The notes: generated by a model from the sequence alone, not told the origin. A stretch of 63,295 nt of DNA, filler included, from Octopus bimaculoides (GCF_001194135.2; 6 parts of 6 records of this genome joined end to end with filler, not necessarily neighbours in it), one strand, 5' to 3'. Positions 26,340 to 39,185 are shown, counted from the first letter of the whole stretch. Numbers and translations: made by a program.

Positions 26340-27249
26340 AATGAATGATAATCATTGCGACTTTGCCTTTTCTGGACATAATATACATACTGTAATTTCG
26401 GTACTGTACCGAGACAAAGATACAAATGAATATATAATTTTTTTTTTAAATAATAAAAAAAATGAGGATACAAATTTAATAAAATTACTTTATTTTAAAT
26501 AACTTAATTTAATATTGCATAGAATATAATTGCAAGTAGCATCTGCCTTCTCTGAACAGCCTTACTACAGACTTCAGTACTGCTCATAGAGACAAAGCCA
26601 CAAATAATGATATTCTATTTACTATAAAATTAATAAAGAAATTATAAATAAAGTCATTTTTAGCATGCAAATAATTCGCTCCATGTTTGAAAATTTGAAA
26701 ATTGTGAAAACTAATGGTTAAAATATTTGAATGTTTGTCATTTGCCTTTTCTGAACAGCCCTATGACATGATTCAGTACTGCTCATAGAGACAAAATCCA
26801 AACAATAAAAATATTTTATTAAATAATCCTGTTATTAGAGTAATTTATTCAAAAATGGAATTTAAAAAGCCATACTACAAAAAATTGAGGAAAAGAATTT
26901 CATCTTTTATAAAAAAAATAATTTAATAGTTTAATTCATATATCAGTAGTGGGCATAACTACATATTTCTGCTCACTCGACTTTGGATGATCATAACTTT
27001 CAGAAAAATGGATATTCGTTCATGAAATTTTCTACGAATATGCCTTATATGATGTCGATTCCGAATATACAAACTTTTGTGGGAAAGGTGTTTTAGGAGA
27101 GGATGGGGAGACATTTTGGAAAATTCACCGGAGTTCATTTCAATTCGTATTAGAATTCAAGAAAATAGATATTTTTTTAATGAAATTCTCTACAAGTATA
27201 ACATGGACTATATAGATTCCAAGGACATAGGAATTTGGGGTGAAAACAA
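26340..27249. mobile_element. Unclassified DNA-transposon-like element with ~190-bp internal subrepeats
   Basis: TGCCTT(T/C)TCTG(A/G)AC...GAGACAAA recurs at ~26360, ~26545 and ~26742, followed by a GATCATAACTTT-type subterminal segment. Confidence 0.45.
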
Positions 27250-27546
27250 NNNNNNNNNNNNNNNNNNNNNNNNNNNNNNNNNNNNNNNNNNNNNNNNNNN
27301 NNNNNNNNNNNNNNNNNNNNNNNNNNNNNNNNNNNNNNNNNNNNNNNNNNNNNNNNNNNNNNNNNNNNNNNNNNNNNNNNNNNNNNNNNNNNNNNNNNNN
27401 NNNNNNNNNNNNNNNNNNNNNNNNNNNNNNNNNNNNNNNNNNNNNNNNNNNNNNNNNNNNNNNNNNNNNNNNNNNNNNNNNNNNNNNNNNNNNNNNNNNN
27501 NNNNNNNNNNNNNNNNNNNNNNNNNNNNNNNNNNNNNNNNNNNNNA

Positions 27547-27885
27547 GAATGACCGGTAGAGCGGAAATGGCACGAAACCGGGGTGTCATTGCCAAGTCAG
27601 ATGTCTCGGAGGTGCTCCGCGAACTGGTCAGCCAAGTGGCGTCCCGTTCGCCCGATGTATAGGGAAGGGCAGAGAGAGCAGGAGATGCAGTAGATGATAT
27701 TAGTAGAAGTGCAGGTGAATGAGTCGGTGATGTAAATAGGGTCAATGATGGGTGCCGGGGAGGAGGGTGGTGTTGTCGAAGTAAAGGCAACTGCGGTAGC
27801 GTGGGCGGGAGCAGGGAAACGAGCCGGGTTGGGAGGTTGGGTTAGGGAAGAAGCTGTGGACCAAGAAGTCTCGTAGGTTGTGGGC
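27547..27885 (-). mobile_element. Penelope-like element GIY-YIG fragment
   Basis: ITDSFTCTSTNIIYCISCSLCPSLYIGRTGRHLADQFAEHLRDI*LGNDTPVSCHFRSTGHS. Confidence 0.9.
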
Positions 27886-29394
27886 TCATTTATGTAATAT
27901 TACATGCGCATTTGGATAAACTTCCTCTGAAATAGTGGGTGTACATTGTACTTTCGTACTAGTGTGAGTTTCATTAGAACTTATTTGTGTATGCGTGTGT
28001 GTGCTTGTGGTTACATGTTTGTCATCTAGATTATACCATATGTACGTGATTACATGAATGCGCTCAATCAAAGAATCTCAAATGGAAATATCTGGGATGT
28101 TTTACTCATTTTCGTTGTACCACTATCTATTCAAACTGGAGAATACTTTTATCTAAGAGAACGCAAATGTTTATTGCCAATGAGCTGGCAGACTTTTTAT
28201 TGCGCCGGGAAAAATGCTGAGCGGCACATCATTAATCTCTGCATTCTGAGTTCAAAATAGGTGGTCGACGTTGCCTTCCATCATTTCAGAGTCGATAATA
28301 TAAGTACCAGTTGTGCAGCGGGGACGATGTAATTGACTTGCCCCGACCCTGACCTTGATGGGCCTGCGATAAAATTTGAAAACAATATTTATTGACTCTT
28401 TTTGCGAGTCTGTATGTATGGATGCGTGTGTTTATGAATGATGTTTTGCATTGATGTATTAGCAAGCAAGCATTAGGAGGCATCGGAGATGTTATTTAAA
28501 CACTTGGTTTAGCATATAAGATAAAAATTTGTGAAGACAATAATGGATTTAACTATGGATTGCATCTAGGCCAATATCTGTTGTTAAATCCCAAACTGTC
28601 TTCTCAAAATATATATACATACACACAGATACATAGATATATTTCGTTTCTACCATCAACCTCAAACGTTTTCATTATAGCAATCTGTACGTGTATCAAC
28701 TGGTAATCCATTATTAACTGTATTGCAGTCTCCAATTATAGAGGTAAATCTAAGATCTTCACTTCTCAAATATGCGTATACGTTTACAAAACATCCATGA
28801 AATCTAGAAATATATTTATTGATGTACGTATTAATAATTATTAATGGCTTAATGCTTGTGTATTATTAACTCTGTATCGATTCTCAAATCTTTCAGACAT
28901 TCTCAAATTTTCTCTTCATTAATATATTTGTCTTTATTCATACACACATTCATATATACCTATACTTCTCTCTTAACTTGAAGCATATTTGATTGTATCC
29001 CGTATCATTATTAATTGCTAATAGCATAACGATCGATTAACTATGTTTGCCCCTTCTTACATCGAATAATATTCAACGTATGAATGAGTGAAATATAACT
29101 GCTCCGCAAGTATTTAAAGAAAATATATATTCATTAAACAATGCTAGCAGAATAAATATATAAGTTTATTTGAGAATAATAAATAAAAATCACTAATTTT
29201 AAGATGACAACAATACTTCGAACCTGCGACGTAGATCGACCAGGAAACTTGAAAAGAGACTTCTTGCAGTATAAAAGCCTTTTCCCAATGAGATTCTCGA
29301 GAAAATCTTCCCTAGACACGTCGAAGAAGTTAATGCCAACCCTAAAACTCAAAACTAAATTTTGAGTTAGAAGCGGCTCTAATAATACTTTCTA

Positions 29395-29580
29395 CTAAAG
29401 TTCTGAAATTTTGGGGAGGAAACTGATCGATTACATCGACCCTAGTGTTTCACTGGTACTTAATTTATGAACCCCGAAGGATGAAAGCAAAGTCGACCTC
29501 GGTGGAATTGGAACTCCGAACATTAAGACGGATGAAATTTCACTAAGTATGCTAAACCCTCTGCCCGCTCGTCGCCCTAG
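29395..29580 (-). mobile_element. tRNA-derived SINE (second family)
   Basis: CCCCGAAGGATGAAAGCAAAGTCGACCTCGG...GCTCGTCGCCC. Flanked by direct repeat TAGAAGCGGCTCTAATAAT (29368-29386 and 29577-29595), a probable TSD. Confidence 0.8.
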
Positions 29581-29743
29581 AAGCGGCTCTAATAATGAAA
29601 TCATACAGTACGGAGCCGCTTTTTATTCAATATAAAATTTTGTTTTACTTGTACTGCGATGTTGCACATCAAGAGATAAAGTTTACACTCTCTGCTTATA
29701 TACCTCAGACAAGTGATTCGAATATGTATATATATATATGTGT

Positions 29744-29798
<55 letters not shown>

Positions 29799-30433
29799 NN
29801 NNNNNNNNNNNNNNNNNNNNNNNNNNNNNNNNNNNNNNNNNNNNNNNNNNNNNNNNNNNNNNNNNNNNNNNNNNNNNNNNNNNNNNNNNNNNNNNNNNNN
29901 NNNNNNNNNNNNNNNNNNNNNNNNNNNNNNNNNNNNNNNNNNNNNNNNNNNNNNNNNNNNNNNNNNNNNNNNNNNNNNNNNNNNNNNNNNNNNNNNNNNN
30001 NNNNNNNNNNNNNNNNNNNNNNNNNNNNNNNNNNNNNNNNNNNNNNNNNNNNNNNNNNNNNNNNNNNNNNNNNNNNNNNNNNNNNNNNNNNNNNNNNNNN
30101 NNNNNNNNNNNNNNNNNNNNNNNNNNNNNNNNNNNNNNNNNNNNNNNNNNNNNNNNNNNNNNNNNNNNNNNNNNNNNNNNNNNNNNNNNNNNNNNNNNNN
30201 NNNNNNNNNNNNNNNNNNNNNNNNNNNNNNNNNNNNNNNNNNNNNNNNNNNNNNNNNNNNNNNNNNNNNNNNNNNNNNNNNNNNNNNNNNNNNNNNNNNN
30301 NNNNNNNNNNNNNNNNNNNNNNNNNNNNNNNNNNNNNNNNNNNNNNNNNNNNNNNNNNNNNNNNNNNNNNNNNNNNNNNNNNNNNNNNNNNNNNNNNNNN
30401 NNNNNNNNNNNNNNNNNNNNNNNNNNNNNNNNN

Positions 30434-30745
30434 TTTTATTGGTCTCTCGCTCAGCTGCACACCAAACATAATCAAGAGGGTTGCTGTCTGGGTAGTTAGA
30501 TGGTCAGATGTTAGGGGTGATGTGGTCGCAGCAATTGTATGACAACCATGACAGGGTTTTCCTGATTGTGTGGCATGGTGCAGCATCCTGTTGTCAGAGG
30601 TAGGGTCTTCCAGCAGCCACTAGGGCAGCACTACCTCCACCAGACACCTGATGTAAGACCCCGTGTTGAGTCTGAGGCCGTGTGGGAAGATGAATGGGGT
30701 ATAACGTCACCATCACTAACGATCACTCGCAACACCATGATGTTG
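30434..30745 (-). mobile_element. maT (DD37D) transposase fragment, duplicate of 36067-36379
   Basis: Reverse complement of 36067-36379 with 5 substitutions counted. Confidence 0.85.
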
Positions 30746-31086
30746 GAAATCGAATCAAAATAATATCATCAGACAGGACTGACCAGAAAGTTTCTGTCTA
30801 TGCAAAGCAATGGCGCATGAGAAATATTTTTTTCCGATGAAGTAAGCCATAAGCATCGTCCGGAAGAAAAAAGCTATGTTTCGTGATGCATGCTGGAATC
30901 ATCCACCGCGAGAAAACTGAAAACCATACAGCATTTGTTGCGAACGTTTGTTTTCGACGTTTGGGTTACTGTCGGCCAAACACTAATATATTAACCGGAG
31001 ATGTAGAAGCAATGACACGATGTTTCATGATACCTATCTACCTGTCTGTATATCTGTACCACTATTTCTGACTGACTTTCTGTCTG

Positions 31087-31137
<51 letters not shown>
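30434..31137. repeat. Inverted, order-permuted duplicate of parts of 36067-37165
   Basis: 30434-30745 = rc(36067-36379); 30741-~31137 = rc(~36770-37165); joined at TGTTG. Confidence 0.9.
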
Positions 31138-31568
31138 NNNNNNNNNNNNNNNNNNNNNNNNNNNNNNNNNNNNNNNNNNNNNNNNNNNNNNNNNNNNNNN
31201 NNNNNNNNNNNNNNNNNNNNNNNNNNNNNNNNNNNNNNNNNNNNNNNNNNNNNNNNNNNNNNNNNNNNNNNNNNNNNNNNNNNNNNNNNNNNNNNNNNNN
31301 NNNNNNNNNNNNNNNNNNNNNNNNNNNNNNNNNNNNNNNNNNNNNNNNNNNNNNNNNNNNNNNNNNNNNNNNNNNNNNNNNNNNNNNNNNNNNNNNNNNN
31401 NNNNNNNNNNNNNNNNNNNNNNNNNNNNNNNNNNNNNNNNNNNNNNNNNNNNNNNNNNNNNNNNNNNNNNNNNNNNNNNNNNNNNNNNNNNNNNNNNNNN
31501 NNNNNNNNNNNNNNNNNNNNNNNNNNNNNNNNNNNNNNNNNNNNNNNNNNNNNNNNNNNNNNNNNNNN

Positions 31569-31610
<42 letters not shown>

Positions 31611-31619
31611 TTTGACTAC

Positions 31620-31800
31620 TGCCAACGCTTGACAACTAACGATGGTGTTTACATACACGGTACTTAGAGAATTGGTGAAACAGACCGTCATAATAAGTAA
31701 AAGGCTTAAAGAGGAATACCGAATTAGGTTCGATTGACTTTGATTCTTCAGGGTGGTGCCCCAGCACGACGGTCGTCTCAGGACTAAAGACAGTGTAAAA
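31620..31800 (+). mobile_element. CORE-type SINE 3' half
   Basis: After (TG)n: ACCGTCATAATAAGT...GGTTCGATTGACTT...GGTGGTGCCCCAGCA tail. Confidence 0.65.
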
Positions 31801-31869
31801 GATTACGCGTTAAATATATTTCCACCTTTTCATAATGACTGCATTTATATTCTTTCCTATTCTGGGTAC

Positions 31870-32066
31870 AAGGCCCGACATTTCTGAGGAGTGTGGGAGC
31901 ATTCGATTAGATGGACTCCAGTACGCAACTGATTCTTAATTTATCAACCCCGAAAGGATGAAAGGCAGAAGTCGACCTCGCCGGAATTTGAACTCAGAAC
32001 GTAAACTCAGACAAAATACCGCTAAGCATTTCGCCTGGCGTGCTAAAGTTTCTGCCAGCTCGCCGT
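31870..32066 (-). mobile_element. tRNA-derived SINE (second family)
   Basis: CCCCGAAAGGATGAAAGGCAGAAGTCGACCTCGCCGGAATTTGAACTCAGAACG...CTGCCAGCTCGCC. Confidence 0.85.
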
Positions 32067-32142
32067 ATGTTAACACTAACCGTCTTCATTCACATCCACG
32101 TTTTCCAAGCGTTTACTATTAGCTTCCAGTTTCTGCATTTAC

Positions 32143-32197
32143 CTTTCTGACCAGGTGTTTCTTCTTAGTGGTAATATATATTTCCATTACGATTCAT
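32143..32197 (-). CDS. Candidate exon (acceptor tttcgcttcatag, donor gtaaat); stop in all frames
   Basis: Good acceptor. In phase 1 it reads (D)ES* then WKYILPLRRNTWSE. Could be a terminal exon or chance. Confidence 0.2.
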
Positions 32198-32962
32198 CTA
32201 TGAAGCGAAATATATTCAGAACATGATATATTTTATCATTGCTAACCACGATATTAATGTGAATCCAATTATTTATGTGTTTTATAGAGATGAACATATA
32301 ATATAAATAAACACTGGCAGTACGCTATATTCTATATCGTGCAAGTGATAGTATACGCATGTATGTATCTTTGTGTGTTTGTGTTTGTGTTTGTGTTTGT
32401 GAATGTATGTATATATATATATATATATATATNNNNNNNNNNNNNNNNNNNNNNNNNNNNNNNNNNNNNNNNNNNNNNNNNNNNNNNNNNNNNNNNNNNN
32501 NNNNNNNNNNNNNNNNNNNNNNNNNNNNNNNNNNNNNNNNNNNNNNNNNNNNNNNNNNNNNNNNNNNNNNNNNNNNNNNNNNNNNNNNNNNNNNNNNNNN
32601 NNNNNNNNNNNNNNNNNNNNNNNNNNNNNNNNNNNNNNNNNNNNNNNNNNNNNNNNNNNNNNNNNNNNNNNNNNNNNNNNNNNNNNNNNNNNNNNNNNNN
32701 NNNNNNNNNNNNNNNNNNNNNNNNNNNNNNNNNNNNNNNNNNNNNNNNNNNNNNNNNNNNNNNNNNNNNNNNNNNNNNNNNNNNNNNNNNNNNNNNNNNN
32801 NNNNNNNNNNNNNNNNNNNNNNNNNNNNNNNNNNNNNNNNNNNNNNNNNNNNNNNNNNNNNNNNNNNNNNNNNNNNNNNNNNNNNNNNNNNNNNNNNNNN
32901 NNNNNNNNNNNNNNNNNNNNNNNNNNNNNNNNNNNNNNNNNNNNNNNNNNNNNNNNNNNNNN

Positions 32963-33024
<62 letters not shown>

Positions 33025-33049
33025 AGCACGATTTATTCGAGATCAGAGT

Positions 33050-33195
33050 TGTTCGAAAACCGAGGTGCTACTGTATATATATACATGGCAAAGTTGACTT
33101 CGGTTGAATCTGAACTGAGAGCGTGAAAAAAGATGAAATGCCGCTAAGCATTTTGCCCAACGTGCTAACAATTCTGCCAGCTCGTCGCCTTACTA
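33050..33195 (-). mobile_element. tRNA-derived SINE (second family), diverged
   Basis: GGCAAAGTTGACTTCGG...GCCGCTAAGCATTTTGCCC...CTGCCAGCTCGTCGCC. Confidence 0.7.
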
Positions 33196-33475
33196 AGGCC
33201 ATATTACAAGAAACAACACAGGGAAAATGGAGAGACGAACAGTGCAATGAAGGCATTGATAATGATAATACTAAGAATTATAAATTCTTGTGGAAGTGCA
33301 GCTAAAATGTGTGATACTAGTGTAAAAATAGAATAGAGTAATGTTAATAATCGTAAAAGCAAGAAAAGACAATGAGAAAATATTTAAATAAAAATCAAAT
33401 TATAGAAAGGAAGCAATCTACAATATGTATGTTTATGAGCATGTATATGTTCGAGTCATTCCATGTTGTATAAAA

Positions 33476-33506
<31 letters not shown>

Positions 33507-33731
33507 NNNNNNNNNNNNNNNNNNNNNNNNNNNNNNNNNNNNNNNNNNNNNNNNNNNNNNNNNNNNNNNNNNNNNNNNNNNNNNNNNNNNNNNNNNNNNN
33601 NNNNNNNNNNNNNNNNNNNNNNNNNNNNNNNNNNNNNNNNNNNNNNNNNNNNNNNNNNNNNNNNNNNNNNNNNNNNNNNNNNNNNNNNNNNNNNNNNNNN
33701 NNNNNGTCTATACACTTATATATAATATAAT

Positions 33732-33772
<41 letters not shown>

Positions 33773-34397
33773 AAGATGGAAAAGATAGATAGATAGATAT
33801 ATAATGTTTATGTGTGTATGTGTGTATGTGTATGCTTGTAATACAAAGGTATACAACAGAATGTGTGCGCGCACGCGCGTGCATTCTAGGTGAAAATTGG
33901 AAATGTGAAAGAAAATTAATGTTATATTAGGAAATGTTAACCCTCGAAGCTAAAAAGCTTAGCAAATTAAACGCCACGATTTAATATCGTAGAAATTTAA
34001 TATATTCAATCTGGACATCTTGGTTTTGTTTGTTATATAGATTGATACAATACTATGTGGTGTACAAATATTATTTATGCTCTTATGTAGCGTACGTTTA
34101 GATAAAAAAAAGATTATGTCTCTATATGCGAAGGTGTATTTCTTCGGTCTGTATATATACAATAGCGTGCTTTTTCTCGATGTCTGTCTTTTTCTCTCTC
34201 CCTTTCTCGATCTTTCTTACGTGGGTCTCTGTTTGTGTATGTGTTGGTTCAATTCTTTTGATAGGTTCAACGAACTTTCGATTACATCCATTCCATTCTT
34301 CATCTTTCTTTTCAGAAAGACTGAATTAATAACGATATTAGGTACTAGAATAGAGCATCTAGAAATGATTGGAATCTGCTAGTTCTGACTGATTTAC

Positions 34398-34461
34398 CTG
34401 CAGTTCCTTCTATTTCATCATATAGATAAGCCCTTTTAAACTGACGAGCGTATTTCATCCA
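34398..34461 (-). CDS. Candidate 64-nt internal coding exon (WMKYARQFKRAYLYDEIEGTA)
   Basis: Acceptor cttttaacttgacag and donor G|gtaaat. Only phase 0 is open; protein-like composition in unique sequence. Protein not recognised. Confidence 0.45.
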
Positions 34462-34899
34462 CTGTCAAGTTAAAAGATAGATACAGATTCTGCCAACTTG
34501 TCCGATCTTGTGACGTGACTGAACTTTACCAACATGCCTCCATTCTCAAATCTTAATATCACTTGACCCCGTCATATTATATTCCCCCTTATTTTGGACA
34601 AGTAGATACATCTACGATAAGATGGTCACAGTACAACTAGAATAATACTTTTGATACCGTATCTACCCGAGCAATTCTGCATCGGCACTTAAGAATAATT
34701 CACTTTGTCTCGTATGACATAGCTTTCATAAACACACATACACGCACACAAGTATGTTTTCCTATAAATCTTATAAACATGAACGTGCATGTATTTGTGT
34801 ACATATGTGTGCGCTTCTGTACATATAAAGGAAAAAAAGAACACTCAGCAAACGTGGATAATCAATACATTTACTATATAGTAGTACATGAATCTTTAC

Positions 34900-35032
34900 C
34901 TATCTCAAAGTTCCATAAGCATCATAGTATAGCTGATAGTTCCGATGATGTACTTCCACGTAGCGGTGTGGCCACAGTCTTAACGCAGGCTGATTGTGTA
35001 GAGATAGGTTACAGTTTGGATTATACCTTGCT
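34900..35032 (-). CDS. Candidate 133-nt exon (ARYNPNCNLSLHNQPALRLWPHRYVEVHHRNYQLYYDAYGTLR*) ending in TAG at the donor
   Basis: Acceptor tttaacag and donor G|gtaaag. The longest frame is open except for its last codon. Confidence 0.3.
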
Positions 35033-35404
35033 CTGTTAAATTCAAATATGTCAGGAAGCTCAGGCATGTAACTCTTTACAATACATACAAGCATCCAATA
35101 TGTTGCTCTTTGTTTTTCTTGAAAAAATAGGTCGGTTTTCTGGAAAGAAAATGTAGTTTTTGGTTTCTGGTTGGTAATCTTTTTCAATATCCTTACTTTG
35201 AGAAATAAATGATTCTATGGTTTAAGAAAGAAACAGAGATTATTTCAATATTATATACCAAGTTTGTATAATTAGTGAACTTTGATATTGTCGCTTTGTC
35301 CTAAGTCAGCCGATGAAGAAATGTTACAATAAAAGGTGAACCACTCGTAATAATCTTCCATTCAGTATACCAGGAATACTATTTTTGAATGCAACGTTTT
35401 ATTA

Positions 35405-35605
35405 GGGCAGTGAGCTGGCAGAATCGTTAGTACTCCGAGGAAAAGTATTTAGTGGTAGTTCGTCCGTCTGCGCATACTCAGTTCACATTCTGCCGGAGTC
35501 GACTTTGCATTCATCTCTTCGGCGTCGAGAAAATAAGAACCAGTTGATCACTCGGGTGGATTTAATCGACTTAGCCCCTTCTCAAAGGTGTTGGTCTTCT
35601 GCCAA
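35405..35605 (+). mobile_element. tRNA-derived SINE (second family)
   Basis: GGGCAGTGAGCTGGCAGAATCGTTAG...GAGTCGACTTTGCATTCATC. Confidence 0.75.
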
Positions 35606-35629
35606 AATTTGTAATCATTATAGCGTTTA

Positions 35630-36385
35630 TTCCAAACATGATTTAAGAGTTTTAGCGGCTATTTTCAGCAGGGTGAGCGATAGAGTGTTGCGTGTATTTA
35701 CCACGCCTTAACAGTAAAAGAGTTTCAGTGCTCGCAAAAATTACAATATGTCTGTTCTCAAAGTCATAAATATATATGCAGGATACGATGAGTAAATTGT
35801 CGCCACTGCATACTTTCAATTTCGCGCAAGCGCCTTGTTTGTTTTTGATTTTGTTGACTACACGGTATAGTGGAGTCAGTTGGCACGTGAGAAAAAAAGC
35901 ACCATAACGCAATTCACTCTGCCAGAAATTTGGGAATGACATGCTGTATTACTTAGCATTCGTGCCCGCAGCACCAATACGAACATTTTAGAATGTTTCG
36001 GTGAAAATCTGAGAACAGTGCACCCTGAGGTTATGTACCGGGAATTATAAGAATCAAAGATCCAGTCAACATCACGGTGTTGCGAGTGATCGTTAGTGAT
36101 GGTGACGTTATACCCCATTCATCTTCCCACACGGCCTCAGACTCAACACGGAGTCTTACATCAGATGTCTGGTGGAGGTAGTGCTGCCCTAGTGGCTGCT
36201 GGAAGACCCTACCTCTGACAACAGGATGCTGCACCATGCCACACAAGCAGGAAAACCCAGTCATGGTTGTCATACAATTGCTGCGACCACATCACCCCTA
36301 ACATCTGACCATCTAACTACCCAGACAGCAACCCTCTTGATTATGTTTGGTGTGCAGCTGAGCGAGAGACCAATAAAACACCAAA
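35630..36385 (+). mobile_element. maT (DD37D) internally deleted transposon
   Basis: HTH-like HAVLLSIRARSTNTNI, then PFIFPHGLRLNTESYI...QQDAAPCHTSRKT...PDSNPLDYVW. 37 residues between the Asp residues. Confidence 0.85.
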
Positions 36386-36464
36386 GAGGAACTGAAGGCA
36401 AGGATTATGACAGCATTCACCAACTTAAAGAAGGAGACCATCCAGAAGTGTTGCATGATGAGTT

Positions 36465-36590
36465 GCAAAACTGACTTCTTTCGGTTTCTGCCTACCAAAT
36501 CTACGCCTAATGTCTCACGCTGTGGAACTGAACCTGGAACCATATGATTGGGAAGCAAACGTCTTAGCAAACAATCACGCTTGCGCCAAT
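36465..36590 (-). mobile_element. CORE-type SINE head, diverged
   Basis: TTTCTGCCTACCAAATC...GGAACTGAACCTGGAACCATATG...CACGCTTGCGCC. Confidence 0.6.
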
Positions 36591-36763
36591 ACAGCTGTGC
36601 AATTCTGTATAGATGTTTCTGCTTGATGCATACATACATACATATTACTCATAAACGCACGCACATGCACATACATATTAGTGAGAGTGAGTGAGCGACA
36701 ACTAGATAGAAAAATAAATAGATAGATAGATACGTAGAGAGAGAGACAGACAGACAGTCAGAC

Positions 36764-36818
<55 letters not shown>

Positions 36819-38271
36819 CAGACAGAAAGTCAGTCAGAAATAGTGATACAGATATACAGACAGGTAGATAGGTATCATGAAACATCGTGTCATTGCTTCT
36901 ACATCTCCGGTTAATATATTAGTGTTTGGCCGACAGTAATCCAAATGTCGAAAACAAACGTTCGCAACAAATGCTGTATGGTTTTCAGTTTTCTCGCGGT
37001 GGATGATTCCAGCATGCATCACGAAACATAGCTTTTTTTCTTCCGGACGATGCTTATGGCTTACTTTATCGGAAAAAAATATTTCTCATGCGCCATTGCT
37101 TTGCATAGACAGAAACTTTCTGGTCAGTCCTGTCTGATGATATTATTTTGATTCGATTTCCAACAAGCTCTGTGAATATTTAGGTGTGACAGAGCCCGAG
37201 CACTTCTTGCAATGTGCATATCTGGAACTTCATGGCTCAATATATTGTTAGTTTTATCCGGATAAGGTCTAAGAAAATCGTACGCGTCATCTCAGAATTA
37301 TGGAGAATTCTATGTTTGTGATGCAGAGATTTATTGTTTTTTTAGCTCTGGTAGATCAGGATATAATTCGTTCTTTGAACGACGCATTAAATAATTCAAA
37401 TGATGGTCTGCTTGATATTGTTCGAGCTGTGTGTGAATGTCGTGCCATTCGTTCATACGGAGGCTGAAATCATGGGTGTATGCGGTTGTGTTGGTCCGAT
37501 CCTTCCTATCTTAATATGGGTTTCTTTAACATCATCATTGTAGATGTGAACTTTAAGTTGTATCTATAACAATATTAACTTCCCTAATATACAAGTGTTT
37601 CGCAAACTGAATTAGTGTGTGACAGCATGACCCTTACATGCAAATGAATGCATAAGGATTATACATATGTCCATGTGTATATATGTCTATAAGAATATAT
37701 AAATGCAGAAGCTATTTAAAGGCGTCAACATATAGTTACATGTATGCATCTGTTCATTCTTCTATCAAAAATATAATAATCACGTAATAAACAGATTAGA
37801 AAGCCTAATATATATTTAGTAATATATTCATCTCAATTCAAAACATTCCAAAAATTCTCAGTTGAAAGTTTTTTAATACAAAGTTTATAACTGGAAACAA
37901 AATTCAACCTCAGTCTGACATACGCAGTGTGATTAACAGTATTATCTACAAACATTCCTTACTGAACCCTAAAATACCAGTCAAAGCAACCCTATATACA
38001 AATAATGTCGTGAACTGAATACAACATATGTTTACACCTTTTTTCGACGCGTTATTGAACCCTAAACAATAATAAAATTACTACATCAAGCAAAATTAAA
38101 TATCTTTCCCATACATTTCTAGTCCTCACAAATACATTCTATTCGCCTCTTCCTACACAGCTATTTCTGCTGATTTCCTATGCATCTGTAATTGTTATTC
38201 ACGTTGCTCTTCCTACCACTAAAATAAATTGCCGGAGACTATATAAACCCAGAAAATATAGAAGATAAAGC

Positions 38272-38371
38272 NNNNNNNNNNNNNNNNNNNNNNNNNNNNN
38301 NNNNNNNNNNNNNNNTTAATTAATTAANNNNNNNNNNNNNNNNNNNNNNNNNNNNNNNNNNNNNNNNNNNN
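38272..38371. other. Assembly spacer (44 N + TTAATTAATTAA + 44 N)
   Basis: As at 23244. Confidence 0.95.
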
Positions 38372-38511
38372 ACACACACACATATACACACACACATATA
38401 CACACACACATATACACACACACATATACACACACACATATACACACACACATACACACATACACATACACACACACATATACACACACACATACACACA
38501 CACACATACAC

Positions 38512-38543
<32 letters not shown>

Positions 38544-38545
38544 GT
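38372..38545. repeat. (ACACACACATAT)n compound microsatellite
   Basis: Read directly. Confidence 0.9.
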
Positions 38546-38764
38546 GCAAACATATGCATACACATATACGCCCATATAAATATATGTATTTGTGTAACGA
38601 GAGAGTAAGAGCTAAACAGATATATCAAAATGGAGTGTTAGATATACATTACGGATACGTACAACCATTACATCTCCCAGGTTTGTAAATATATATACAT
38701 ATGTCTGTGTTTCTGTGCGTGTATGTATGTGTGTGTATGTGTTTGTCTTACGGCAAGACGGCTT

Positions 38765-39055
38765 CAGTTCGAGTGTTCTTGAGTTGTTCGTGGCATTTTT
38801 GTTACCCCTGCATTACCAGTACCAAAGGGACCGTTGTGACCCGGAATGGTAGTAACCCTTAGGATCCTACCGATGAGTAAAATAGATTTCTTTTCCTGGG
38901 TATCACAGTAAACAGGATCCTGTAATGATGAACCCATTAATTTAGAAGTTCTAGAGTTGTGTAAGAGCATGCAGTCATCCCTTAATCCCCGTTACTCCCA
39001 GACTAGTTCTGAGACAGGATAGTAATGCCTGTCAGGGTCCCTGTAGCGGTTAAAA
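38765..39055. mobile_element. Unclassified interspersed-repeat-like segment
   Basis: GC-richer non-coding block between microsatellites with no ORF motifs; family not assignable. Confidence 0.25.
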
Positions 39056-39143
39056 TATGCCTATTAGTCATCTTGCAATGCTTGTCACCAGAAAGCTTCA
39101 ATGTCGACTGAGAGAGGCAGAAGAATTGTACAAGGTTTTCTTA

Positions 39144-39185
39144 CTTAACCCGTTACCTACCAGTGATCTCATACGAGATCACTTA
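39144..39185. mobile_element. piggyBac-like terminal fragment
   Basis: TTAA-CCCGTTACCTACC followed by hairpin GTGATCTC-ATAC-GAGATCAC; partner end not found. Confidence 0.35.

Noticed and set aside
33215-33305. GKWRDEQCN resembling a C-type lectin motif
   Set aside because: Short ORF partly overlapping a SINE; no other lectin residues or convincing splice sites.
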